From assembly GCA_020137815.1 (NCBI GenBank), contig CM035354.1, positions 6,634,001 through 6,698,000 of the forward strand: 64,000 nucleotides of DNA, given 5' to 3'. Positions 23,187 to 59,899 of this stretch are shown here, piece after piece; within the stretch, counting starts at the first letter, position 1; every line of letters begins with the position of its first letter. Origin of the DNA: Hormiphora californensis (Eukaryota; Animalia; Ctenophora). A model generated the notes under the pieces. The model worked only from the letters and a program-made list of their open reading frames with translations. It was not told where the DNA came from and did no database searches. A program made the position numbers and the translations under genes.

Positions 23187-25313
23187 CTACCAGTTTAGGT
23201 AAGGAAAGTTTGGATCATCAAGTTTGCTGTAACCATTCAGTAAGAAATCATACTTATAAAATTCATAAAACCGCTCCATCTGCTCTTCTGATAGGGTTGA
23301 ATAGTACCTGAAAAGTGAGAGTGGTAAGCAAATCCACTTGAGAAAGTGATACTCTAGAAAGTGCGTTGTCACGATTTTCACTATTGAGTGAGATATTAAA
23401 TGCATAATTTACATTACATTACAAATCTGTTGTCTATGCTTTTACGAGAAATCACTAGACTGCATCTAAGATTATGATGATTTTCCATCGAAACTTACTT
23501 TTTAGCTAAATCTGAAGAGGATTGCTTATCTTTTCCTTCCTCAGATCTTGAGCCAGGGTAGTCGTATGTGCTGTTAATGTGTTCTCTCACCATTAACATC
23601 TGGGCCAGAGTCGTCTCTGTCTAATAAGGGAGTTTTGGGTAACATGACTACAGTAGGGGATCAGAAGATTGTGAAACATCATCCAACCCTATGGGATTTG
23701 TGATCAACCCTACTACGATCAATTGCCTTGCTCGACTCTGTTTCACCGCACCCCGTACGGCGAAACAAGCTTTGACAGATGTAAAGGAGGGTTAGACCAT
23801 AACAAACAACTAAGATTGATTTGATTTGATTGATTTAAGTGATGATCATGCACCTGAAGAATCATGTCGTATGGGTACTGGCAAAGTTTAACCATTTTGT
23901 AGGACGGGGTGAAGTGATAGTTGTGGACTTTCTCGTCAAGATAGAGTTGCACAAAAACAGGAAATATCTCAGTGTCGGTTTTGTTTCGATATCCTGGCAT
24001 GGCTTCTTCCATCTCTGCTTGAAAATACGTCCGCCTAAATGGGGAGGGGGATTGAGTTTGTGAAGAGATAGTGTCATGGTGGATGTGTATTGTATTGAGA
24101 TGTCATATTTGGTCTTACCGGTAAACTTTATCTCTGAATCCAGAAATGAATCGAGTAAGTGGATTTCGAACAATTACAATCTTGTAAAACTCTTTGAACA
24201 GCTCTTCTGGGTTTCTGAAGGGTAAAAACTGAATAGTTTGAGAACAAACAAAAAGATTTTAGCGGGAGACTAGGCAGATAGAGATGGTAGAGCTCGGATT
24301 AGCTCACACGGCTAAAAGATAAAAGGGTTCAAATTATTAAATATTTAGTACCTGTCAGAATCCTCCTTCATTATTTTCTTCCATGAACTAAACCACTTAG
24401 AGGCGTGGTTACCGACCATTTCTTCGTACGGTGTTTCATCACCACCAAGCCTCCTAAACCACCTCTTGCATGAGGTAGATCCTGTTTTAGGACAGAATTT
24501 GTAGAGTAATTTGTGGTCTTTGTAGGTTGTAGGGGCTAGCCAGGTCATATCTTTTAGCTTAAGAGGCTCGTCAACTGCTGCAGTCAGGTTGTGTTTTTCA
24601 CACTGATTCCTCACGTAATCCAGTACCTCTTGAGTGCCTTTCAGATGCTTTTTCTGTTCTTCTACTAGGAACGTTCTTATGGGCTGAAATAAGTTTAGAC
24701 TTAGTTTATGTGTAAAAGTCAACAAACTAATACAGTTCAGTCAGGAACCGACCGACACAAGTGAACAACCAATCAGAACTCGTTATTTAGGTCACGTGAC
24801 TGGTTATCAGCCAATCAGGGACCAGGATTCGGTCGGTTCCTGAGTTCAGATCAAAAGCGTTGTATCACCTGATTACTACTTTGTGTTGTGTAAGCTGTTG
24901 GGGACTCTGTATACTGCGAACCAGTGGCTGTTTCACCTCGCAAAACATCCTTCAAACCTCCCAAAGATAAAGTAGATTTTGAACCTAAACAGATAGTCTC
25001 AAGTAATAAGTATATTATTAATACACACTAAGGTTAGCTGTTAGAGCAATGTACATGTAATGCAGAGGTTGTCGGTTCGAGCCCGGCCCTCGCCAGATAT
25101 TTTTCTAGTTTCCTCCCTATTTAATCCTGATCAGATCTCATTATAATAACACTAAGGTTAGTTATACTAAGGTTAGTTATACGTTAATTACTAATTACCT
25201 GGTGCTTGAAATGAACTGTTAGTGTAGAGAAACAGTAAAAATGTTACAGCGACCAGAAACAGAATCGACGAAACAGACTTTATCGATCCAAATCTCAGCA
25301 TATCCTGTACCAT
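23187..25313 (-). CDS. Golgi carbohydrate sulfotransferase (Sulfotransfer_2; CHST8-14/HNK-1ST family), 7 exons
   Basis: Exons 25313-25199, 24984-24869, 24683-24352, 24214-24119, 24034-23854, 23620-23499 and 23307-23187 are all in frame. N-terminal TM anchor ILFLVAVTFLLFLY; 5'-PSB motif LLYKFCPKTGSTSCK; 3'-PB motif IVRNPLTRFISGFRDK; HFTPSY..LCQYPYD; C-terminal YEFYKYDFLLNGY. Confidence 0.92.
24742..24842. mobile_element. hAT-type MITE, 101 bp
   Basis: TIRs caggaaccgaccga / tcggtcggttcctg; 8-bp TSD agttcagt / agttcaga (7 of 8 match). Confidence 0.85.
25038..25148 (+). mobile_element. tRNA-derived SINE or processed tRNA pseudogene, 5'-truncated
   Basis: ttagagca..tgtaatgcagaggttgtcggttcgagcccggcc..gcca contains a B-box (GGTTCGAGCCC). 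A direct repeat acactaaggttag at 25025-25037 and 25149-25161 flanks it, with a short ataata tail. Confidence 0.65.
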
Positions 25314-25716
25314 TATAGCAGGCTAGCGTGATATACAGAATACAATACAAAATACGGTACTACATGCTTTGGTGGGGCAAGAGGAAATGATGTGATATCT
25401 CAATGAAAATGAACTTTTTAGTGGTTGTCTTGATGTTATTAGATCATTAAAAATTATCTGAAAAATCTATCACTGGCCCGAAGCTGCATCTCAAAAGAGA
25501 AAAGTTCTACCAGCCGTTTTATATTAAAAACAATTTTTAGTTGCTACCCCGTTATTACATGGGTGTCAGAAACGTCTGTTTTTGCATGTATCAAGGTCGA
25601 AGCTAGTGTCCCCTACTGGCTACTATCATACACACTGAGCGCCTGAGCAAGTCAACTAAAATTAACGGCAGAGACTGCAGTAAACACAACTAATAATGAT
25701 AATGACGTGTTTATCA

Positions 25717-25825
<109 letters not shown>

Positions 25826-26468
25826 GGAGAGAGAGAGAGAGAGAGAGAGATAGAGAGAGAAAGATATGGAGCCATCGCCTGGTGTGGAATCTGAGACCTC
25901 TCAAACTGAGCACTGCACAACCACACTTTTTTCAGTTCCAACACGTGTCACGTGGTGTCCGGGATCGGTATGTGAAATAAGTTCCCATCAATAATCAAAT
26001 GTTTCGAAAGAATCCAGCTGGGAAAAAACTTAATTTTAACACAAATTTTTGTAGCAAGCTTTGCTGAACAAATAATAAAAACAGTGTTGCACTGCAATCA
26101 GACTTCTGCACTGGTTATTCCAGGGGTAAGGACAAAGCTGGACATGATTCGGTGAGGTGATGAGATGAATTTTTACAAGTAAACAAGATCGGGTGTGGTG
26201 TGTGTAACGGCTTTAATTTCACTATAGACCACCACTATAGACAAAACACCTGATCGTGATGTTGAAGTTTAATGACTGTCTAAGGGTCAAGAGAGGTGTA
26301 ATGTTTTTACTTTTTAACAATGCAGAGAATTATAAGCAGGGGAACAATACGGTCCCGTTTCAATAGTCTATCACACCCAATAGTTTTTTATATATTCAAT
26401 AGTCTACTATATCCCCGACAAATTAACAAAAAATTATATTTTAATCACTGAACTCTCCATCAATATAG

Positions 26469-32947
<6,479 letters not shown>

Positions 32948-34656
32948 ATGATATGTATAGGGTATACTTGTGGTTTTTTCGTTTTTGAAAACACTGAACA
33001 GTGTGGTCGACTACTCTAGGGCGACTTCAGCTGAGGAAATGGACTTTAAGATATGTATGAGATTATTGCAGGACAGTTGTTTTATACAATCGAGTGAAAC
33101 GTGTTATTTATTATGTTCGTGACTTTCGGGGAAGTTATAAAAATGTCAATCAATAATAAATGATTGTTTTATGGATTTCGACAGCTAATATTTATTTGAT
33201 GATTAATGGGTCAAGGATACTCAAGTATTTATCTGAATTTATTGCTTTCTATGTTGTCTAATTTCAAAAGAAGAGAGAAAGTTCAGATTGTTTGTATATT
33301 TGAAGTATTGTGTTGGAAAAATTAAAAAAGGTGATGGTTTTCTTTTGTCACCCATTGCTGGCCACGAAGACCAAAAGATGATGTTTTCCGGTGCCCATTG
33401 AAGGACTAAGGTTATTCCTTAATGTTGATTCATCAAGCAGTATGAACTTGTTACTTGCCTTTCTGGCGTTGGCCGGTGCCGACCCTATCTGAGCGCACAG
33501 TTACCTGCAGCGTCAGGCCTGATCAGGCACACTTGAAGGATGAAGTTTCTCAGACGCGAACACCGCACGTATCAATTGTAATGCTCCGCGCGCTAAATGA
33601 TCAACCATGTTGTGGCGCGCGAAGAATGGCGGCAATATGAATTGTTCTGACAAGGGCCACCGATTTCATGTCCCGACCTCGCCTGGGGGTTTCACAACTA
33701 GAGCTCATTCCAACTCTCTCGATTCAAATCAGGGCTGCCACGATAGGCTCTGGACAGCCTGGTCGGCCCTAATATTGGGCGACCGAAAGAGAAACTTTGT
33801 CTGGAGCTGCCAGAATCTGTCAGAGCATTACTCAACAAGGCCTGACCCTATTCTCATTTCTTTCAAGAGAAATGTGGTCAGAGCATTGACCTGACAAGCC
33901 AGAATAGAAAGGGTGGAGGAGAGTTTGAGTCTGAACTCTGAATCTATTCCAATCCCAAGACCAAAAAGTATTAGAATCCATTGAGATCAGTCACTGGAGA
34001 CTGAGAAGAAGATGATGAGATATTGCAACATCATGATGATGCAGATATTTTTATGTCACTGTCAGTGTACCTCTCAGTCCCTGGAGCTAAGCTTTTTATA
34101 AGCTATCGGCAGGAGAGAAAGATTCTTTCTTCCTCCCTCCCAATTCTCACTGTCATCTCAATCTCAATGTGTCACTGTGACAGCTGCCGTAGCGGCGGCT
34201 CAAGAAGAAAGCAACTATCTCTCTCTCTCCCTTTCCTAACATCTATCCGTCTCCCTCCTCTCTCTTTCTCTCTCTCTTTCTCTCCCTCTCTCTTTATCTG
34301 CTAATCAATCTATCGATCTGTCAATGTGCCGCGACAAGAAGAGATGTGACTTCAGCGGCTGATGTTGCAGTAGTTTCTGAAGGAAGGATTGAGGGAAGAA
34401 GATTTCAAGACATGTTAAGACGGTGCTGTCAGGCCAATGCTCTGATATGGACAGAGAAGGTGAGATTTGGTTGGTCGATGTGATGGAGACCGGGATATCT
34501 TGAGAGAGAGGGAAAGGGAGGGAACAGACAGGGAACGGTCAAAATGAGAAGCTGTTGAGTGAAATGAAAAGGTAGAGGGAGACATTTGGCAGCATTGACA
34601 CACAGTTACATAACTCACTCAATCCATGTTTCTCTCTCCCTCTCTCTCTCTCCCTC

Positions 34657-34745
<89 letters not shown>

Positions 34746-35909
34746 CCTCTCTCTCTCTCACCCTCTCTCTCCCTTATCCACCGGCCATTGACTTGACAGG
34801 AGGCGGAGCTGGATTTTCAACACGTCTTGCTGCCAGTCTGAGTACACACATTCCTCTCTCAATAAAATGAGAGAGTTGACTGTTGAGACAGTTTGACAGG
34901 GTAAAAATGAAACGCAGGATCTGTTTCGAACTGTTAAGTTTATAGAGTTTCAAAAACCTATTTGTATAGAGTTTAACACAAATCTTTCTAGAGCCAGACA
35001 AACAGAAAAAGATAGAGAGCTAGTAAAACCTGGTGATGGCATATTTCTAGCCAAAAACCTGACATATTTTTGAAACATATCCAGAACAAGTGTTGCTCCA
35101 TCTCTCTCTAATATAATCTCTAAAACTAAAACTATATTTTCATCTCACAATCAACTTTAAAGAAAAGACGTTTCTAAAGCTGTGTCTTTTAGTTTTCACT
35201 CACAAACACACACAAACATGCAATTAGCGTATAACAACTAAAACGTTGAGAAAAGTCTCATTCTGTCTCTCATCGTTTTTATTTTCATCATTCTCTCGCA
35301 CTTTAAATATATTATTTTAGATATCTCTCGCTTGATATTCCTCAACTTTATCTCTGCGGTGCAGCTATTCTTCTTTTCGTTCAGATATGATGCAACATGT
35401 TAAATTTATTGTCGGTTGCAACAGCGGTAACGTAAATAGGACGGGATCCCATTGTATTAAAATAGCAGGAGGGCAGCTTGTACAATCAGTGCACTTTCTG
35501 TAATGATCACTAGAAAGGCATCGTACCACTTGCAATCTCTTCCACTCCCCTTTTTCAACTCTGTATCTCCGGTCGTTTGACCTAAAAAAGGGTGATCGGG
35601 GGTTAGAAATCTAATAAAGAGTGAGGAAGGGGACACGTTTCGATTGCCCTCCCGGGTCGGAAAGACACACTACTATTAAAACATGGTGAATTTGTCTAGC
35701 TACAACGTTCTTTCAACTTTCTTTCCTTCTCTGCTTCCCCCCGTCACTTTTTGACCGACACCATTATTAATCGAAATATATGCTGCTGATCCACCCCCCT
35801 TCAATTACATGAGGCAGGTTCCAGAGAATTTAGAATGAGAAGTATTGCCGTGGGGAGATAAATATGCGATCCATTTATCAGGGATTAGATTGAGAGAGGG
35901 GGAGTGACA

Positions 35910-36003
<94 letters not shown>

Positions 36004-36231
36004 GAAGAAACTAATGGGAGCAGATGTTCCGCAGCATGACAGCTGTCAGGTCTCTAGGAGTATCAAGAATCTGTCAAAACTGGAGAGGGCCGGGAAGAAA
36101 AGTTAGTGAGAGAGGTAAGGGATGGTGAGAGAGAGCTCAGTATTAGGGACAGCTAAATTCCGACACCATATGACTATCTAGTTCATTTTCTTAGGTTCCT
36201 CTTTATTCGTCCCCCTCTCTCCCTCTCTCTT

Positions 36232-54520
<18,289 letters not shown>

Positions 54521-54968
54521 GAGCTAATAAACAACACGATATTACGCAACTTTGGGATACAGAAGGAAAAAAGCAGCGTGTTTTCATTGACTGATGAAAT
54601 AGCGGAAGTGCTCCTTTCAAAACAACAGGATGGCAGGACCCAGGTAGCCCCGATCAGAGGTGTCATATGAAGTCTCGTTATAAGGAAGTAGCACGTACCA
54701 TGCCGCTACCGCAAAAAGATACTCCAACAAAAACAAACCATTCAACTAGCACGGAGCACTTAACGCAACCAAATGGAATGAAGCAAGACTGCAACTGGCT
54801 CGGCAACGCTCCAAAAGAGCGTGAGAACTCCTCACGTTTTCAGAAATAAAATAAAATATTCGAACAAAAGTCGCGCGCGGAACGATTTTACGAGCGCGCA
54901 AATCAAAGTTTGACGCCGCGCATAACTTTCGAAATTGATATCGAAATTGAAATTTCCAAAACAAAAAA

Positions 54969-55202
54969 GTGCTTCCTCTGATAATGTCAACTACAGGAGG
55001 ACTTGGAGAGGAATTCATGAAAACCCTCAAGAAAGCTGCCTCTCGGATTGAGGAAAAACACGGAGAAAGATATCCAGAGGTAATGGCTACAATAAAGCAA
55101 AAGTTGAGATTCTCCATCCTTAGGTCAACTTTGAGGAGCTTGAGAGGTTGCAGGGTACCCATAAGAACACCAACACTGGACAATTTTGACTTCAACCTTT
55201 GA
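54969..55202 (+). mobile_element. 3' fragment of a CRE-clade (restriction-like endonuclease) non-LTR retrotransposon
   Basis: PLIMSTTGGLGEE..LKKAASRIEEK..YPEVMATIKQKLRFSILRSTLRSLRGCR matches the typical C-terminus of metazoan CRE elements (PLVxSTxGGxG..KLSFxLLRS..LRGSR). Confidence 0.7.
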
Positions 55203-55689
55203 TATGTCATTGGAGATGAGAGACTATTTTTATATTAATTATTAGTTTTTTAGTATGTAGGCGTTTTGATTAAGTTATTTTTCTGCGCAACCCACACAGG
55301 GACCATATGATGACTTGATTCACACCTCACCGTGTCTAGTGGCTGCTCTGCACCGTTTCACCCCTGAGGTCCCTAGTGGGTTGTGTTATTTATATTTATA
55401 AAAAGTGCTTCCGAGTTTTTTTTTCATCAAACTTTTTAGTTTTTAGATTTTGTTTGTCTTGTCCCTGCGGCGGCCGCCCTCCCAGTTTTAGGATTCCTCG
55501 ATCTAGGATCTTAGTTCTAAGGAGTTTTTTTGAATGGCAGAAAAATCTTCAAGTTGCAGGCATTTTAGTTCAGACGCGAAAATACAGTTGGGTGTCCGAG
55601 CTTGCCACTTAATCATGAGCGATAAATGGAGAACTGTGCTAGGAGCATGTAGCTGGATGCCATCACTGTAATTAAACTTAAGTTTAAAA

Positions 55690-58600
55690 GTGTAAACTTT
55701 GACCATTGATTGCGGTTTAAATCTCCGCATCCGCCATCCCATCGGTCATTATGCGAGTGATTGTAAAGCGAAGGATCCAACATGCTTCCGTTGTTCTGAG
55801 AAGCACTCTGCCAGAGAATGCCCTAACAAGAAAAATTGGTCTGCCTTTAAATGCTCTAATGTAGGAATGAGTACAAGTGCCCTCATTGCAGTGACCCTTT
55901 TCATGTTTCAACCGAATGTCCAATCATCATAAACCGCAACCGTTCCGGCCTAAGCTGTCCTAACTGTAGTGGGAAGGATAACAGAAACCGACATCACTCT
56001 GCTAACACTATGGCATGCCCTGAGTACTCTACCCGTTGCAACGATCATGTTTAGTCTCGGACAGATTAACATTTCTGGTCTCTCTAAGCAATCACTTATT
56101 GCTTTAGACCACTATAGTGCCGATAGGAGATTGTCGGTACTCGCACTACAGGAAACTGGCTGCGTTCCGGCAATGACTGCTTTTACGAATATGCTCACCT
56201 TTGGAATAGACGCGGATAGAGGAGTCTCACTGTCAATCGCTACTAGCCTTCATCCTCATCGAATTACGAGTTTGGAGAAAACTAATGTTGCAGCTATCTT
56301 TGCTATAGCGACTGTGCTTGGGCGACCTATGATGTTTGCATCTGTGTATAGCAGTCCCGACAATAACTTGTCGGTTCTGTTGAAGTCTATACAGGAAGCC
56401 TGGGAATTCTGCAAACGAAACGGAGTGCCGGTATTTCATGTTCTTGGAGACTTCAACGCAAGAGGAATTCCATGGGGTGATAAGGTATACAATCAAAGTG
56501 GACACCTACTCGATTCTTTCTGTGACCAGTATGGAGCAGATATTCTCTCCCCACTTTCTAACACTTTTATCTGTGTTAATGGAGGGAGTGTTATTGATCT
56601 GGGACTGCGGTTCGGGGGAGCAGGGCTAGCGATCGATGGTCCGTGGACTGATGAAGAGGACGGCTTATGCCTTTTTACGGGAGCACCGGCAAGAGGACAT
56701 GTTCCGGTCTTATCATCAATCGGGACTATTAGAGCGAGTAACCGGAGGACACAGGTCTACAATTACCAGGACGCAGATTGGAAAAAGTGGAAATTTCACG
56801 TCGAATGCTGCCTACAAAGCTGTGATTCACAAGATCCAAATGAAATGTTTCGACAGCTTTTAAGTTTCATGAAAGAAGCCTCAGACCTATACATCCCTCT
56901 GAAAACAGTGTGCCGGCACAGAAGCCCAGGGGGACACCCGAGTCGACCGTAATCAAAAATCTAAATGGGGAAAATCCCGTTCCCAAAGAACTTGGATTAA
57001 ACGATTGCTTTTAAAGGGGAAAACAAATTTTCAAGGAGAGCCTATGGGGGAAAAAAAAGGGGATCCACGATAGCGGGTGGTCTGAACTTTTTACTAGACA
57101 ACTATTCTGGAAGCGGTATCGAATATTTCCCCACCTGATAAAAAACTTTTTTGGGGTGTTTGGATGACGACGGATTTTTACGGCTTTGATCCTGGGGTAA
57201 GGAGAAAAATCCTTTTTCGACACGTTCTTGGTGGAAAACATTTGAGGAATCATAAATTTTGACGAGAAAACACTATGAATTCATCAGGGGGAATGGATTC
57301 TTTTACGAGGGAGGGGAAGGTAGAGAGCGATTTAAATAAGGGTTCAACCAGAGGAAATAGGCGGCCATATCGGCCAAAGGGCGTGGAAAAAACTACAGAG
57401 GGAGGAGTACACCCCGGACATTGAAACCCCTTGGCCCTTTAGCAAGGGTTCGGCAAAACTTTTCACAAACTGCCTCTTCCCTGGGTTTGGCCAGGAAAAC
57501 AGCCATAGTACTTTTTATAAAGAAAAAAGGGAAAATAATTTTCCCTTTCAACCGGATTTTTCGCCGATCTAAATTTGGAACATGTGGAAAATGTTTGAGC
57601 GAGTTATGGATAGGGATAGGGCTTTGTTACAGGAAAAATCTTGGAAGACAGCAAGAGGTTTTCTTCCCATACGAAAACAAAAACACGGAAACTTATCCCC
57701 GTCCCCTGGCTACACTGCACGAGAACAGACGGAGAAAAGCAACTGCCTTTATTTCCCTTTTGGTTTTCAAAAAGGCTTTGGGACACGCCCCCCCCCCTCC
57801 CCTTTTTAAAACTCTAAAAAGCGGGAAAAAGGGAAAAAACTTAGTCTGGTAAATTGTTTCTTGTCATCAAAAAGAAAAGCTAAAGAAAAAAGGGTTTTAA
57901 AATTGGTTCTCCCGGAACTGAAACTTTTTTGGGGCTCCCGCAGGGGGCGTCTTTTCCCCCTTTGGGTTTTATCATATACTTTGGGATCTTTTACAACAAA
58001 GAATATACCCGGGGGGACCGGGGCCCGAGAAAGAGGAAAAACGTTAAGTTCCTGAGATGCACGGGTTTGTAATAACCGGAGACAATTCAATGAAAAACAG
58101 TTTGTCCTGCTCCCAATTACTCCAGAATGGTCCGTCTATGGGTTTGGTCATCAATTGCGACAGAGGGAAACTGAGTTCTGGGATCCACCCCAAGGAATCA
58201 AAAAGTATCATTACCCCAAAAACCATGTACCTTGGCCAGGAAATTCTCAAAACCGGACTCTGAAAGGGTTTCTGGAATCATTTTCGACAAGCCCTGGCTT
58301 TAAAAGGGCATGCTGCCTACATTTGAAAAAGTGTTGGAATTCGGAGTAGCTCGGGTGGGACTACCAGGTTAGCGGGAAAAATAAACAAAAACGGCCCCTC
58401 GCCCTTTTCCAAGGGAAACCTAAAAACTTCAAACGGGCCCCCTTAGGGCTTCGTAACAGAGGACGTTTTAACATCTAATCGCAAGGCTAAATGAAGATTT
58501 TGGAAGCCAATTAAATCTGAAAACCTAGTACCTTCTATTGGTATCCAAACCCCCTACGATTTTTTGACAGTACTCACAACGAATTTTGTCCAAAAGGGTC

Positions 58601-59300
58601 TTAAGCGGGAACACCATGACGCTAAATTGCTAAAAATTGACATGAGGCGCCACCCTTTCATGGAATTTTGTGGAAATAAAAGGTATCTCCATTGGACTGC
58701 CAAGGAGGGGAATCAAAAACGGGACGGAGACGATATTTATCCATGCTTTCCTGTCATATGAGTCGGAAGAGTTTCTCTTTTCCCCGGGGGACAATGGAAT
58801 GTTCACGCAAAATTGGGGCATCACGTCAAGGCTAACATAAACGAACATCTCTGCGGCGACTCTCCCCTACGAGGGTTTTTGAAGAGCTCGATCTTTGTGG
58901 ATACTGAAGGGGTTTTTCGATACCCCTCTTCCAATGGGAGTATGGACAAAGGATTTTCGTTGACGGGGACTACATCCACGGGCAAGCTTAAGTTTAAAAA
59001 ATTGTGGGCCGTATCACGAATTGACGGAAAAACGGGGGAACCTTATGTTTTGAATGCGGCAGCCCCCACGATTTACCCTTCCAAAAGCTCTTCCAATGTC
59101 CACTGTCGGGGGGGTATCGGCTCTTAGGGACCAGGTGTGGGGGTTTCGGTTTGCACTGGCAACTTCCCCCTAGCCATCTTTTTAAAAAGGGGAAACTTAA
59201 GCAAAAAATTTTGAAAGTTGTTTTATGGGACAAAAAACTCCATTTTAATGAGAGCTCTTAACATTAACTTAACCCCCAAATTTTACTTTTTTTTTTAAAT
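55690..59300 (+). mobile_element. LINE retrotransposon (I-group-like): ORF1 zinc knuckles, ORF2 APE endonuclease, garbled RT region
   Basis: GHYASDC..TCFRCSEKHSAREC..KCSN at 55740-55860. ORF2 motifs include QINISGL, LALQET, SVYSSP, LGDFNA, WG..N, TF, GSVIDL, GHVPV and ADWKKW. Sequence after about 56930 is low quality. Confidence 0.88.
56047..56952 (+). CDS. AP-like endonuclease domain of LINE ORF2; reading frame broken where sequence quality drops
   Basis: EEP-family motifs in ORF 55969-56952; probable ATG at 56047. Confidence 0.85.
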   Translation: MFSLGQINISGLSKQSLIALDHYSADRRLSVLALQETGCVPAMTAFTNMLTFGIDADRGVSLSIATSLHPHRITSLEKTNVAAIFAIATVLGRPMMFASVYSSPDNNLSVLLKSIQEAWEFCKRNGVPVFHVLGDFNARGIPWGDKVYNQSGHLLDSFCDQYGADILSPLSNTFICVNGGSVIDLGLRFGGAGLAIDGPWTDEEDGLCLFTGAPARGHVPVLSSIGTIRASNRRTQVYNYQDADWKKWKFHVECCLQSCDSQDPNEMFRQLLSFMKEASDLYIPLKTVCRHRSPGGHPSRP

Positions 59301-59899
59301 TAGCCTTTTTTTTTAAATTTTTTTAAAATAACTTTTTTTTTACAACCCCGGCCAAGCACACTTCATGTATTTAAATTTTAAATAACTTATAAAAACCCTT
59401 TTTAATTATTACTATTCCGTGTCTGTTTTTTTTAGGGACATGCTTGTTGTTGGTGTTTTTTTGTGTGTTGTGTGTGGGTGGTGTGTGTGTATGTGGTTTA
59501 GATATTTTTGGGATGAGCAGTAGTGAGGGTAATTTTATTTTTCTTTTTTTTTTTTAAAATCTGTTTTAACTGTACAGCTTAATTTGACCGCGACTATTAA
59601 TTTATTTTATGCTATATTTAGCTGTTTTTTCCACCCCTACCCCCAGTTATCCCCTTTTTCATCTAATTTCTACCCTTTTTTAACTATATCTATCAAATTT
59701 TATTTATTATTAAGTACCTAATTTATTTAATTTCCTCTTGGACTTTTGAACGGATCAGATAACTTCCCTTTTTCCGGGAAAACCCTTTTATTTCTCGCTA
59801 AAAAAGGAGGGAAAATTTTTAAATTTTTAGTTTAGGGAGAACATTGAAAAAAAATTTTAAAAAACTAAATTTTTTAAATAAAGTAACCCCCCCTTCAAT

